From Eledone cirrhosa (Eukaryota): a DNA stretch of 64,000 bases. How positions within the stretch are numbered: the stretch's first letter is position 1; the number at the start of each line of letters is the position of its first letter. Of this stretch, positions 34,624-47,465 are shown piece by piece. The notes under the pieces were generated by a model that saw only the letters and a program-made list of their open reading frames with translations, was not told the origin of the DNA and searched no databases. Position numbers and translations under genes: made by a program. The stretch spans positions 307,520,001 through 307,584,000 of the forward strand of contig OZ024741.1 of assembly GCA_964016885.1 (NCBI GenBank), written 5' to 3'.

Positions 34624-36580
34624 TTGTTGTCATTGTTGTTGTTACTCCTGTTGTTGTTACTACTGTCGTTGTTGTTGTTACTCCTGTTGTTGTTACTACT
34701 GTTGTTGTTGTTACTCCTGTTGTTGTTGTTACTACTGTCGTTGTTGTTGTTGTTACTCCTGTTGTTGTTGTTACTCCTGTTGTTGTTACTACTGTCGTTG
34801 TTGTTGTTGTTACTCCTGTTGTTGTTACTCCTGTTGTTGTTACTCCTGTTGTTGTTGTTACTCCTGTTGTTGTTGTTACTACTGTCGTTGTTGTTACTAC
34901 TGTTGTTGTTGTTACTCCTGTTGTTGTTACTACTGTCGTTGTTGTTGTTGTTACTACTGTTGTTGTTGTTACTCCTGTTGTTGTTACTACTGTCGTTGTT
35001 GTTGTTGTTACTCCTGTTGTTGTTGTTACTCCTGTTGTTGTTGTTACTCCTGTTGTTGTTGTTACTACTGTCGTTGTTGTTGTTGTTACTCCTGTTGTTG
35101 TTGTTACTCCTGTTGTTGTTGTTACTACTGTCATTGTTGTTACTACTGTTGTTGTTGTTACTCCTGTTGTTGTTACTCCTGTTGTTGTTACTACTGTCGT
35201 TGTTGTTGTTGTTACTACTGTTGTTGTTGTTACTCCTGTTGTTGTTACTACTGTCGTTGTTGTTGTTGTTACTCCTGTTGTTGTTGTTACTCCTGTTGTT
35301 GTTACTACTGTCGTTGTTGTTGTTGTTACTCCTGTTGTTGTTGTTACTACTGTTGTTGTTGTTACTCCTGTTGTTGTTGTTACTACTGTTGTTGTTGTTA
35401 CTACTGTTGTTGTTGTTACTCCTGTTGTTGTTACTCCTGTTGTTGTTGTTACTACTGTTGTTGTTGTTACTCCTGTTGTTGTTGTTGTTACTACTGTTGT
35501 TGTTGTTACTACTGTTGTTGTTGTTACTCCTGTTGTTGTTACTACTGTTGTTGTTGTTACTCCTGTTGTTGTTGTTACTACTGTTGTTGTTGTTACTACT
35601 GTTGTTGTTGTTACTCCTGTTGTTGTTACTCCTGTTGTTGTTGTTACTACTGTCGTTGTTGTTGTTGTTACTCCTGTTGTTGTTACTACTGTCGTTGTTG
35701 TTGTTGTTACTCCTGTTGTTGTTGTTACTACTGTTGTTGTTGTTACTCCTGTTGTTGTTGTTACTACTGTTGTTGTTGTTACTCCTGTTGTTGTTGTTAC
35801 TACTGTCGTTGTTGTTGTTGTTACTCCTGTTGTTGTTGTTACTCCTGTTGTTGTTGTTACTCCTGTTGTTGTTGTTACTACTGTCGTTGTTGTTGTTGTT
35901 ACTCCTGTTGTTGTTGTTACTCCTGTTGTTGTTACTACTGTCGTTGTTGTTGTTGTTACTCCTGTTGTTGTTACTCCTGTTGTTGTTGTTACTCCTGTTG
36001 TTGTTGTTACTACTGTCGTTCTTGTTGTTGTTACTCCTGTTGTTGTTGTTACTCCTGTTGTTGTTGTTACTACTGTCATTGTTGTTACTACTGTTGTTGT
36101 TGTTACTCCTGTTGTTGTTACTCCTGTTGTTGTTACTACTGTCGTTGTTGTTGTTGTTACTACTGTTGTTGTTGTTACTCCTGTTGTTGTTACTACTGTC
36201 GTTGTTGTTGTTGTTACTCCTGTTGTTGTTGTTACTACTGTTGTTGTTGTTACTCCTGTTGTTGTTGTTACTACTGTTGTTGTTGTTACTCCTGTTGTTG
36301 TTGTTACTACTGTCGTTGTTGTTGTTGTTACTCCTGTTGTTGTTGTTACTACTGTTGTTGTTGTTGTTACTCCTGTTGTTGTTGTTACTACTGTTGTTGT
36401 TGTTACTCCTGTTGTTGTTGTTGCTGTTGTTACTCCTCTTGTTGTTATTGTTGTTACTCCTGTTGTTGTTATTGTTGTTACTCCTGTTGTTGTTGTTGTT
36501 GTTGTTACTCCTGTTGTTATTGTTGTTGTTGTTACTCCTGTTGTTATTGTTGTTGTTGTTGTTGTTGTTATTGCTATTGG
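34624..36580. repeat. (GTT)n-derived minisatellite with ACTCCT/ACTACT/ACTACTGTC variants
   Basis: Direct reading. Confidence 0.95.
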
Positions 36581-36799
36581 TCTGTTATATATGTTGTTTG
36601 TCTTCTTGCCAATGATGGAGTTGTTTCTTATCTCTTGTTATTGTTGGTTTTCTTTCTGCCAAGGCCATTAATGCTGACAGCAATGTTTGCTGCTGCTGCT
36701 GTTGCTATTGTTATTGTTGTTGTTGCTGATGATGATTATGATGATGATTGTGTTAGTGCTGATACAACTGTCGTTGTAGTTGTTACTGTTGTAGTAGAT

Positions 36800-36843
36800 T
36801 TTGTTGTTGTTGTTACTGCTGCTGTTGTAGTTGTTGTTTCTGC

Positions 36844-36902
<59 letters not shown>

Positions 36903-37090
36903 CAGCAGCAGCAGTGGTAGTAGTAGTATTAGCATTATTATTATTATTATTATTAATATTATTTTTATTAGTAGTGGTGGTGGTGGTGGTAGTAGTAGTG
37001 GCGGTAGTAGTAGTGATATTAGTAGTAGTATTGGTGGTGGTGGTTGTAGTGGTGGTAGTAGTAGTAGTGGTGGCGGTGGTAGTAATATTA

Positions 37091-37149
<59 letters not shown>

Positions 37150-37157
37150 GTAGTAGC

Positions 37158-37207
<50 letters not shown>

Positions 37208-37208
37208 C
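36800..37208. repeat. Compound (GTA)n/(TTA)n/(GTG)n microsatellite
   Basis: Direct reading. Confidence 0.95.
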
Positions 37209-37294
37209 TATCAATCAGTTGATCCTCCCGTAAAGCAAACACACAGTCGGCGCTAGCTGATTAAGCCATCAATTACAATCAGAATGACATATAA

Positions 37295-37711
37295 ATAATA
37301 ATAATTGTTTCTACTTTAGGCACGAGGCCAGCAATTATCCCAGTGCATTACTGGTACTGTATTTTACCGACCCCGTAAGGATGAAAGGCAAAGTCAACCT
37401 CGGCGGGATTTGAACTCAGATCGTAAAGGGACGTAACTATGCTGGAAAGCATGGCGTCCAACCCTCTACTGATACTGCCAATCCGCCATATATAATTAAT
37501 AATGGTTTCTTATTTAGGCACAAGGCCAGCAATTTTTGGGGAGGGGAAAGTCGATTAAATCGACCCCAGTGCGTGACTGGTACTTTATTTTATTGACCCC
37601 GTAAGGATGAAAGGCAAAGTTAACCTCGGCGGCATTTGAACTTAGAAAGTAATGGGTCGTCACTCTATGTCGTAAAGCATATTGTCCGATGCTCTACCGA
37701 TATTACCAATT
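37295..37711 (-). mobile_element. Two tandem SINE family 1 copies
   Basis: 37295-37487 and 37503-37711 match the family consensus. Confidence 0.85.
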
Positions 37712-37717
37712 CAATGT

Positions 37718-37835
37718 TTTCTTTATTGATCACAAAGGGTTTTAAAAAAAATAGATTAAGCGCAGCACAGGACGGTACAATGTGGATTTCTGCGTGTAAA
37801 CATGAGTATAAAACAAAAACAAAGGGTGTAACAAA

Positions 37836-37870
<35 letters not shown>

Positions 37871-38290
37871 AATACATATATAGAAACAAAAGAAAATTCC
37901 CCAATAGGAGGAGAATTCTGTGGGTTACTCGTGGAGAAACCCCACAAAATCCAGTCACCGCCAGGGCAAGTGCCCTCTCCCAAGTATCCTCTCTCAATCT
38001 ACAGTCACACACTCAGAGCTGGCACATTCACTCGGGCTATTCTCACCCTTTTCACCCACCTTTCAACAAATTGCTTTGAAGGCAGCTCTTCCTTTTCCAC
38101 CCTGATTTTCCTTTTCAAGTGAAACCTGAAGAAGTTAATCAGAGAGTCAACGAAGAGGAAAGTGTCCCTCTTCAGCCATTTCAAACAAGCGTCCACCATA
38201 CCACCTCTTTCGCCATGGCCACAAGACAGACAAAAAAACAGCCTGCCCTACCTAGCTAAGGAAGGGCGGCGGGGCGATTTTCACGATGGA
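37718..38290 (-). mobile_element. Divergent Tx1-related 3' fragment, not flanked by TCTA
   Basis: LINFFRFHLKRKIRVEKE..FVERWVKRVRIARVN; terminus GATCAATAAAGAAAA. Confidence 0.75.
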
Positions 38291-39336
38291 AAACCTCATG
38301 CAATCAGTTCCCTAGTATGCTGGCAATCCAATAATTAAAACCAATAAAATGATATATGTCGCCTGGGAAATCATAATGCCATTGGTTCGATTACGCGTTG
38401 TGTTCCTCCATCTATCAGGAGTTGCGATCGGCAGATAGTATTGGTAATGAAAAGATCATTAGAAATGTTTTTTTCCCCCTATATAACGATCGGCTCCTAT
38501 TTTCTTTTCCACGTGTGTATCTATTGGTATAAACATACAAGTCTATTGGTATCTTGATATGATTATACTCGCAATTATGGCTGAGTGGTTAAGATGTTCG
38601 CTTCAGAACCATTAGGCCTTGGGTTCCATCTCACTATGTGGCATTTTAAGCAAGTATCTTTACCTTAGCCTCAGGTCGACCTAAATCTATTGAGTTAAAT
38701 AAGTTAAGCGGAAACTGTATGTAAGCTCGTCGGATGGATGACACTTGTAATTCAAAGGGACGTCATTGTTATACATCATGTCACACTGACTGGTGCTTAC
38801 ATTTAGAGTACACGTCTCTATCGAATTCTCAACAATATACACATTAATTCATGAACTGGAAGTTATGTTAATCAAACGACTGAATGCTCGTCCTCGTAAC
38901 CAACGATGGATTCGTGCTCATCATTATGTATACTAGCAGAAAAAACACCCTTCGTGTGGTTTTCTGCTGGCATGTGTACGCAAATATATATATATATAGG
39001 TATATAGGTATGATACATCAAAGGAAACCGTAATTGACAATATACACAGAAATTGAACGAAGTCTGCGTTATACTCTCTTCTGTAATCAGTAGAGTAATC
39101 CATGATACATTAAAAGAAGACAATAATATATATAAGCTGCATTAGGAGAAAATTAGCGATGGAAATATATGAATGCTTATATAAGCGATGTAATAAATGT
39201 CATAATATAACGGGCGCTAACCGGAAGTGTTGACATTTGAATATTTTAAAGTGAATCTTAAAATAAGCAATAAAATTATTTATATTTAATCTAGAGTTAT
39301 GAAATTTAGTACATAAATTATGTAATATTCATTCAT

Positions 39337-39521
39337 GGATTGGCAGTATCGGTAGAGGGTCTGACGCCATGCTTTATCGCAAAGAGTTACCGCCCTTTAT
39401 GGTCTGAGTTCAAATCCCGCCGAGGTTAACTTTGCCTTTCATCCTTACGGGGTCGATAAAATAAAGTACCAGTAATGCACTGGGATAATTGCTGGCCTTG
39501 TGCCAAAAGTAGAAACAATTA
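39337..39521 (+). mobile_element. tRNA-derived SINE family 1
   Basis: Full family consensus with B box. Confidence 0.88.
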
Positions 39522-39849
39522 TTTATTCAAAGTAATCCAACTTATTTTACAAACAGAATAAAAATAAATATATATTCCGGACACAGTCGCGCGCTCCTCC
39601 CTTTATTATAGTTGAGATGCATAATTTATCTAGTGTATAGTGGGGATGGTGTTGATGATGGACGTTACGTAGACATGCTGACCACTAACTATAGTAAAGT
39701 CCAAGGTGGAGATAAAGACGAGATGTTTATTGATGTAGACAGGAAGACGGGGGGAAGAGAGTGAAAGAACAGGTAATAAGATGAAGTTAAATGAGAAAGA
39801 ATAGGATGTTAAGGAGGACGTCGGGACTGGTTACTTCACTAACATCCGC

Positions 39850-40163
39850 ATCATCATCATCAACCACCTCTACAAGAACAACAATCACCACCACCACCAC
39901 CACAACCATCACCATCACCACTATCATCATCATCACCACCACCACCACCACCATCATCACCACCACCACCACCACCATCATCATCGTCCTTATCATCATC
40001 AACACCACCACTCCAAGAACAACCACCACCACCACCACCACCACCACCGCCGCCACCACCACCACCACCACCACCACCGCCGCCACCACCACCACCACCA
40101 CCACCACCACCGTCACCGCCACCACCACCACCACCACCACCACCACCACCACCACCACCACCA

Positions 40164-40195
<32 letters not shown>

Positions 40196-41240
40196 ACCAC
40201 CACCAACATCACCACCACCACCATCACCACAGTCACCATCACCACCATCACCACCACCACCAACATCACCACCACGTCCATCACCACAGTCACCATCACC
40301 ACTATCACCACCACCAACATCATCACCACCACCATCACCAACATCACCATCACCACCATCACCACCACCACCACCACCACCATCACCACAGTCACCATCA
40401 CCACCATCACCACCACCACCATCACCAACATCACCATCACCATCACCACCATCACCACCACCACCATCACCACCATCACCACCATCACCACCATCACCAT
40501 CAACATCACCACCATCACCACCATCACCACCATCACCACCATTACCACCATCAACATCACCACCATCACCACCATCACCACCATTACCACCATTACCACC
40601 ATCAACATCACCACCATCACCACCATCACCACCATTACCACCATTACCACCATCAACATCACCACCATCACCACCATCACCACCATTACCACCATTACCA
40701 CCATCAACATCACCACCATCACCACCATCACCACCATTACCACCATTACCACCATCAACATCACCACCATCACCACCATCACCACCATTACCACCATCAA
40801 CATCACCACCATCACCACCATTACCACCATCAACATCACCACCATCACCACCATTACCACCATCACCATCACCACCGTCACCACCATCAACATCACCACC
40901 ATCACCACCATCACCACCATCACCACCATCACCATCACCACCATCAACATCACCACCATCACCACCATCACCACCATTACCACCATCAACATCACCACCA
41001 TCACCAACATCACCACCATCACCACCATTACCACCATCAACATCACCACCATCACCACCATCACCACCATCACCACCATTACCACCATCAACATCACCAC
41101 CATCAACATCATCACCAGCACCATCACCACCATCAACATCATCACCATCACCAGTACCACCATCAATATCAGTACCATCACCATCACTACCAACACCATT
41201 ATCGTAATCGACATCATCATCATCATCATCACTATTATTC
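39850..41240. repeat. (CAC)/(CAT)-derived compound minisatellite with a higher-order unit
   Basis: ACCACCATC / ACCACCATT / AACATC blocks. Confidence 0.95.
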
Positions 41241-41324
41241 CCATTCAATCAATTAATCAATGAATTAATTTGATCAACATCGTTGGCACTTATTGTTTTT
41301 ACTTGGTAGCACAGTTTTGTTTGC

Positions 41325-41371
<47 letters not shown>

Positions 41372-41456
41372 ACCCACAACAAAAATTACAATAGCAACAA
41401 CACTTACAACAACGATAGCAACAACAATAAATGCAGAAACAACTTCACAAATCTCC

Positions 41457-41846
41457 TTTTGGCACAAGGCCAGCAATTATCCCTGTGTGTGTCTGGTACT
41501 TTATTTTATCGACCCCATAAGGATGAAAGGCAAAGTTAACCTCGGGGTGATTTAAACTCAGATCATAAAGGGCCGTAACTCTATGCTGCAAAGCATGGCG
41601 TTCGACCCACTACTGATACTGCCAATCCACCGCGGCAAGTCTAATAAAAGTTTCTACTTTTGGCACGAGGCCAGCAATTAACCAGTGCATTACTGGTACT
41701 TTATTTTATCGACCCCGTAAGAATGAAAGGTAAAGTTAACCTCGGCGGGATTTGAACTCAGACGGTAAAGGGACATAACTCTATGCTGCAAAGCATGGCG
41801 TCATACCCTATATCGATACCGATACTCTATATCGATACTGCCAATC
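41457..41846 (-). mobile_element. Two tandem SINE family 1 copies
   Basis: 41457-41633 and 41650-41846. Confidence 0.85.
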
Positions 41847-42289
41847 GGTGAAGAAATTTAGGGAATCTCAACATAGGTATTCGCGTTGCTAGAAATAGCA
41901 GACAACTTTCTTTTTCCAATTATACACTATCGCCTTGAGAAAAAGAACACTCTGAAAAATATGGTCTAGGGTCCTCAACAGGTGGGAAAATGGCAAGATT
42001 GTAAAGGCTCGAATATTTTGATAATAGTTTTGATCGATCTTGTTTGATTTCGAGCTAAACAATCATCACAACCACAACAACAGCATCAATTATACTGATT
42101 CTTACAATAATATCTATCAAATATATTATAATCGCAGAAACTCTTTTGCGGTTTTGTCCGTGAGGCGCAGTTCATCAACCTCCCTCTTCCCCCTTCAATA
42201 ATTCTGTGGCCCTAGGGCCCTTGCCCCTCCCTTTATTTTCCGTTTTTAAATATCTGTAGTGTTGTTGTTTGAAATAGATTTGTTTACTA

Positions 42290-42685
42290 TTTTTTTTTAT
42301 TTGACTTAATAAAACACATTTATTTCTATCTGGTTAAACATACAGAAAAAACATCAAAAACAACGTAGGACTATAAATGCCATAAATGAGAGGAAAGTGA
42401 GGGGAAGGGCAAGGACTACTAGACGAAGGGATAAAGAAACAGGGAAGGGGAGAGGGCGACAGACTACATTTAGGTCAGAGCCGTATCTTGGCTGCTCTAT
42501 GCGAACAAAATGGCAAAATCATTTTCACGGTCAATGGCTAGCGACACCTGCTGCAACAACCACCCCACTTCGCGGGGTTCCTTCCTTAGACGGGCTGCTA
42601 TCGATCCATTTTTACGCAGGAGGTCAGCTTTCCGGGGTCCGAGGACGCCTAAGGTCTCGTCAGCGACAGGTGCAAAGAGGAAGTT
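42290..42685 (-). mobile_element. CRE-clade RLE retrotransposon 3' remnant
   Basis: The minus strand reads FLFAPVADETLGVLGP..EPREVGWLLQQVSLAIDREN.FAIL, matching the CRE C-terminal pattern (F.P.A.ET.G..G / QR.S.AIQRGNA); followed by AATAAA and an A-rich end. Confidence 0.65.
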
Positions 42686-43360
42686 TTACTTGTAGCTGTT
42701 GTTCTTGTAGATGTTATTGCTGTTATTACTGAAGCTGTTGGTGCCAGTGTTTCAGTTGATCTTGAGGTTGTAGCTGCTGTGTAATAGTGTTTGTCGCTGA
42801 GGTTATCTCTCTTGTTGTAGTAGTTGTTGCTATTGTTGTACGCCTTTTGTCGGGTGTTGTAGTTATTGAAGATGTTGTTGGTCTTGGTCTTGGTTTTGTT
42901 GTTGTTGTTATTGCTGCTAAAGTTGTTGTTGTTGTTTCTGTTATTGTTGTTGTTGCTGCTGTTGTTGTTATAGATTTTCTTATAGTTGACTTTCGTGGGT
43001 GTGGTCTTTGTATTCTATTAATGTTACCTAGGGATCTTAGTCATTAGAGAATCATTTCTTGTAAAGTGGCTTTTGTGGTGAGGGCGAGATGTGTGTGTGT
43101 GTAAGTGTGTGAGTGCGTACGTGCGTGAGTGGGAAAGAGAAGCCTTGTGTCTCTATCATACACACACACACACACACACACACACATGCATGTATGTATA
43201 TATGTATATACATGCATACATATGTATATATGCATATGTACATATGTATATATGTATATATGCATACATATGTATATATGCATATGTACATATGTACATA
43301 TGCATATGTGCATACATATGTATATATGTATAGTATATATATATATATATATATACATTT

Positions 43361-43393
<33 letters not shown>

Positions 43394-43458
43394 CATTAAT
43401 GAATATGTATATATGTATATGTATCTATATGTTTATGTGTTGTGTATATATGTATATA

Positions 43459-43500
<42 letters not shown>

Positions 43501-43503
<3 letters not shown>

Positions 43504-43600
43504 CGAAGGAAGTGTGGTAAGGAATCAGATGGACCATGACGTCCAAAAATAGCTGTCGAAACGGCTTGAGCTCTGCCGTCGGGATCTTGAACATTTTCCT
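43501..43600. mobile_element. Fold-back family, internally deleted copy
   Basis: Tail ACGAAGGAAGTGTGGTAAGG joined to the arm AGCTGTCGAAACGGCTTGAGCTC. Confidence 0.75.
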
Positions 43601-43617
43601 ATATATATATATACACC

Positions 43618-43668
<51 letters not shown>

Positions 43669-43779
43669 CTATGCAATCCCTTTTTTTCTTTTATTTTATT
43701 GTGGTCAGAGATATATGTGTACGGTGGTGACTATATTTATAAAGAAAATAATGTTGAGATAAACACAACTAAACGGATA

Positions 43780-43973
43780 ATAATAATTGTTTCTATTTTA
43801 GGCACAAGGACAGCAATTACCCAGTGCATTACTGGTACTTTATTTTATCGACCCCGTAAGGATGAAAGGCAAAGTCAACCTCGGTGGGATTTGAACTCAG
43901 ATCATAAAGGGACGTAACTCTATGCGTCAAAGCATGGCGTCCGACTCTCTACCGATACTGCCAATCCACCGCC
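43780..43973 (-). mobile_element. tRNA-derived SINE family 1
   Basis: Full family consensus. Confidence 0.88.
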
Positions 43974-44065
43974 CTAAACGGATAATAATAATAAAGGTTA
44001 AACGAGTGGCCACATTTAGAGAAAGTGGGCTTGAGAGAGCCAGAGAGTCAATTACTAACTTAATA

Positions 44066-44196
44066 ATTCGTCAAATCGGACAGAGGAAACAATGTTTCCA
44101 TTCGTCTTTCCAATTGCTAATACTGTCTAATGGTCGCAACTCCAGGTAGAAGGAGCAACGTGAAATAAAATGGTTTGCTCAAGGACATAACGCATC
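44066..44196 (-). mobile_element. SINE family 2 fragment
   Basis: Matches 22365-22490. Confidence 0.75.
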
Positions 44197-44336
44197 TCTA
44201 TGAACACAGTAAAGAAAAAAAGTGATTGCATAGACATATGTGTGTTTGTGTGTGTGTAAATATATATATATATATCTTTACACACACAAACACATATATG
44301 TCTATGCAATCACTTTTTTCTTTACTGTGTTCATAG

Positions 44337-44520
44337 ATAACGAAGGAAGTGTGCTAAGGAACCAGGTGGACAATAACGCACCAGAGTACTCGATACTTTG
44401 GGTAGTAGAGTGGGTAATAGGAAAATGTTCAGGACCCCGACGGCAGGGCTCAAGCCGTTTCGACGGCTATTTCTGGACTCAAAACGGCTTGAACTCTGCC
44501 GTCGGGGTCCTGAACATTTT

Positions 44521-44525
<5 letters not shown>
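44337..44525. mobile_element. Fold-back element in (TA)n
   Basis: Tail + AGGAAAATGTTCAGGACCCCGACGGCAG.. and the inverted arm. Confidence 0.85.
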
Positions 44526-44574
<49 letters not shown>

Positions 44575-44599
44575 AATGTTCATATATATATTATACAGG

Positions 44600-45830
44600 A
44601 GCAAATCATGGAATAGCTTAGATAGGGCTAAACATAAGATAGGGAAAGCCACCTCACGGTACGACAACCGGAGATACCAGAGTGTCATGTTCCTGGACGC
44701 TAACCGTGGGGGGAAATTAGCTAACCAGTGTAGAAAGGCCCTGAGAAAGACCCACCTAAAGATTAAGGTGGTAGAAAAGCCAGGAACCACCATAAAATCC
44801 CTGATCAGCAAAACATAAAGAAAACCTACTGTACTAATAGTAAATGCATTATATGTAAAGTAAACCCCCGGATAAACTGTAAAACTAGAAACTAGTCTAT
44901 AGCATAAGATGTACAGAGGGTACTTGCAGAAACATGACAACAACATACATAGGCGAGACAGCTCGTAGCATAGGTGAAAGGATAGACCAACACTGGGGGG
45001 AACTAAAAGGACCTAAAAACATCTCAATGATGGGGCGTATGATCAGGGAGAGGAAGTAGGACAGTCTGTAGTTACTAGCAATGTTAGCCCCACAGACTGG
45101 CCGTGTTGGTGGTCCCGCGACAGGGTCCCAGCCCGTTTTATGGTCTTTTCGAAGCCCATACAACGCCGGCACGTCATTGTTCCAGGCCTGGAAGTTGTTG
45201 GCAGTCCTTTTGTTGGGCTGCATTATATTCGTCCACATCACCATATGGGCATTGAGGGCTTTTTCTCTATCCTCATGCTCCTGTGGTGTTACCTCTCTTG
45301 TGTTAGTGATGTGGGGTTGCATTGCCTGGATGTAGTTTGGCAGGCTGTCAACCGACATTCTGCCAGACTTGTCTGTTGGAAAGCATGCTATCTCTCCATT
45401 ACGTGACCGCTGCATGAGCTTACGCAAGCCATTTGCAGATTTTTCTCCCAGTTGCTGGGCCTCCATTCTATTATGTTTCTTGCTATACTGTTCTATAATA
45501 TTTCTAATGAACATAAACACACACAGACACCCGGATGTGGCGCATGCGCAGACTGAGCACACAACACACACACAGAAACAAAATGGCGTAGGACAGAACA
45601 AAGGAGAGGCACAGAAACAAAGAAAGGAATCCCCAGTCACTGAAGAGGTCACAGAGTGTGTGACGAAAGAACTATGACTATATATAAACAACTATCTGGT
45701 TGTGGAACCAACCAACCAACCAGAAATTTATAAATTTATAGATTTATAAATATATAATAAATTGAAGTGAAAGCGACTGGTGCGCGTGTTTCTTATTGGC
45801 AACATGACCCTCCCAAAATATAACAATATA
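44600..45830. mobile_element. Rearranged Penelope-like (Neptune-like) element: GIY-YIG fragment (+), inverted RT N-terminal fragment (-), pLTR with hammerhead (+)
   Basis: + strand: KIKVVEKPGTTIKSLI, VYSIRC..YIGETARSIGERIDQH. - strand 45020-45470: PTDKSGR, LYGLRKDHK, PTRPVCGA. Ends in (TA)n. Confidence 0.8.
45635..45679 (+). ncRNA. Minimal type I hammerhead ribozyme
   Basis: AGTCA CTGAAGA g GTCAC agagtgt GTGAC GAAA GAA CTA TGACT; perfect stems I and II. Confidence 0.8.
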
Positions 45831-45847
45831 TATATATATATATATAA

Positions 45848-46035
45848 GGGCGGTGGATTGGCAGTATCGGTGGAGGGTCGGACGCTATGCTTTCCAGCAT
45901 AGTTACGTCCCTTTACGATCTGATTCCAAATCCCGCCGAGGTTGACTTTGCCTTTCATCCTTTCGGGGTCGATAAAATAAAGTACCAGTAATGCACTGGG
46001 TAATTGCTGGCCTTGTGCCTAAAGTAGAAACAATT
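45848..46035 (+). mobile_element. tRNA-derived SINE family 1
   Basis: Full family consensus. Confidence 0.88.
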
Positions 46036-46107
46036 ATATATAAATATATATATATATATATAGTGACGAAATATAAGTCAATTGCATGAACTCATAATCG
46101 TTTATTT

Positions 46108-46163
46108 ACTGGTATATATATTTCGATGATAGCCATTGAATGGGTATGATCTCATCAGGCAGT
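46108..46163 (-). ncRNA. Type I hammerhead, related to the 21992 family
   Basis: ACTGC CTGATGA GAT..ATC GAAA T ATAT ATA CCAGT. Confidence 0.72.
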
Positions 46164-46227
46164 TAGTCAGTTCTTAGATATGCCAGCTCTGTGTTTATAG
46201 TGTTGATGGTATCAGAACCTTGGGAGG

Positions 46228-46307
<80 letters not shown>

Positions 46308-46869
46308 ATATATATATATATTTATACACACACACATCGTTTAGTAATATGATAATCATAACACTTTGAACCCGATTTTGGTAGCAATCCTCCTCGCTGA
46401 AATGAGGCAGCCACACGAGTTGCCGGTTGTTACATGGTTTGGGGTTTGGTTTAGATAAGCAGGTGTGTCATTATATTTAATTTTGTGGTAATGTGTGTTA
46501 TCGTAGTGGGTATGTTGGATAGTGGAGGTAGTGGTGGTGGGGTGGTAGTGGTGGTGGTCGGATGGTAGTGGGGATAGTGGAGGTTGTGCTGGTGGTGGTT
46601 TGAGGCGATAGTGGAGGTAGAGGTAGTGGTGGTGGTGGTGGTGGTGGGTGGTAATGGGGATAGTGGAGGTTGTGGTGGTGGTGGGGATAGTGGACGTACT
46701 GGTGGTGGTGGTGGGGTGGTAGTGGGGATAGTGGAGGTTGTAATGGTGGTGGGGATAGTGGAGGTAAAGGTAGTGGTGGTGGTGGTGGGTGGTAGTGGGG
46801 ATAGTGGTGGTGGTGGTGTTAATGGTTCTAGTGACCGTGATAATTATAGAGGTAAATAAATTATTATTT

Positions 46870-47465
46870 CTAAAGACTGGAAATTTAGGGTAGGGGAATG
46901 TCTATTATATGGAACCATTACTTAACTGGCCCTTTATTTTATCCACCGCGGAAGGTTAAAATACATAGTTGACTTCGACGGGATTTGAAATCTGTACATA
47001 GAAATTCATAACTAAATACAGCAATTCATTTTGTTCGATGATCTACCGACATTGTTAATCCATTTCCAAATAGTTGTGAATAAATAAGAATGATTTCTTA
47101 TATAGGCACAAGGCCAGCAATTATTTCAGTGCATTACTGGTACTTTATTTTATTGACCCCGTAAGGATGAAAGGCAAAGTTAACCTCGGGTTTGTGATTT
47201 AGGCACAAGGCTAGCAATTTTGGGGGAGGGGAAAAGCCGATTAAAGCGATTTCGGTGTGTTACTGGTGCTTTATTTTATCGATTCTATAAAGATGAAAGG
47301 TAAAGCAAACTTTGGCGGGATTTGAAATCAGAACATAAAGGGCCGTAACTATATGCTGGGAAGCATGTTGTCTGATGCTCTACCGATACTGCCAATTACC
47401 ACCCTTTTTCTTTTCTAGGCACAAGGCCAACAATTTTGGAGGAAGTCGATAAAATCATTTAACTC
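46870..47465 (-). mobile_element. Cluster of degenerate or partial SINE family 1 copies
   Basis: Repeated GGCACAAGGCCAGCAATT and GATGAAAGGCAAAG motifs. Confidence 0.75.

Noticed and set aside
34624-36615. 663-aa poly-Leu ORF and similar poly-T/G/H ORFs at 39787-41263 and 47888-50361
   Set aside because: Triplet repeats open in several frames on both strands, with no domain or splice evidence.
37833-37872. (AAAT)n as the target of the divergent Tx1 copy
   Set aside because: It lies inside the 3'UTR; the real terminus AATAAAGAAA is at ~37718.
44897-45691. 264-aa minus-strand ORF as a host gene
   Set aside because: Chimera of antisense pLTR, PLE RT fragment and antisense endonuclease sequence.
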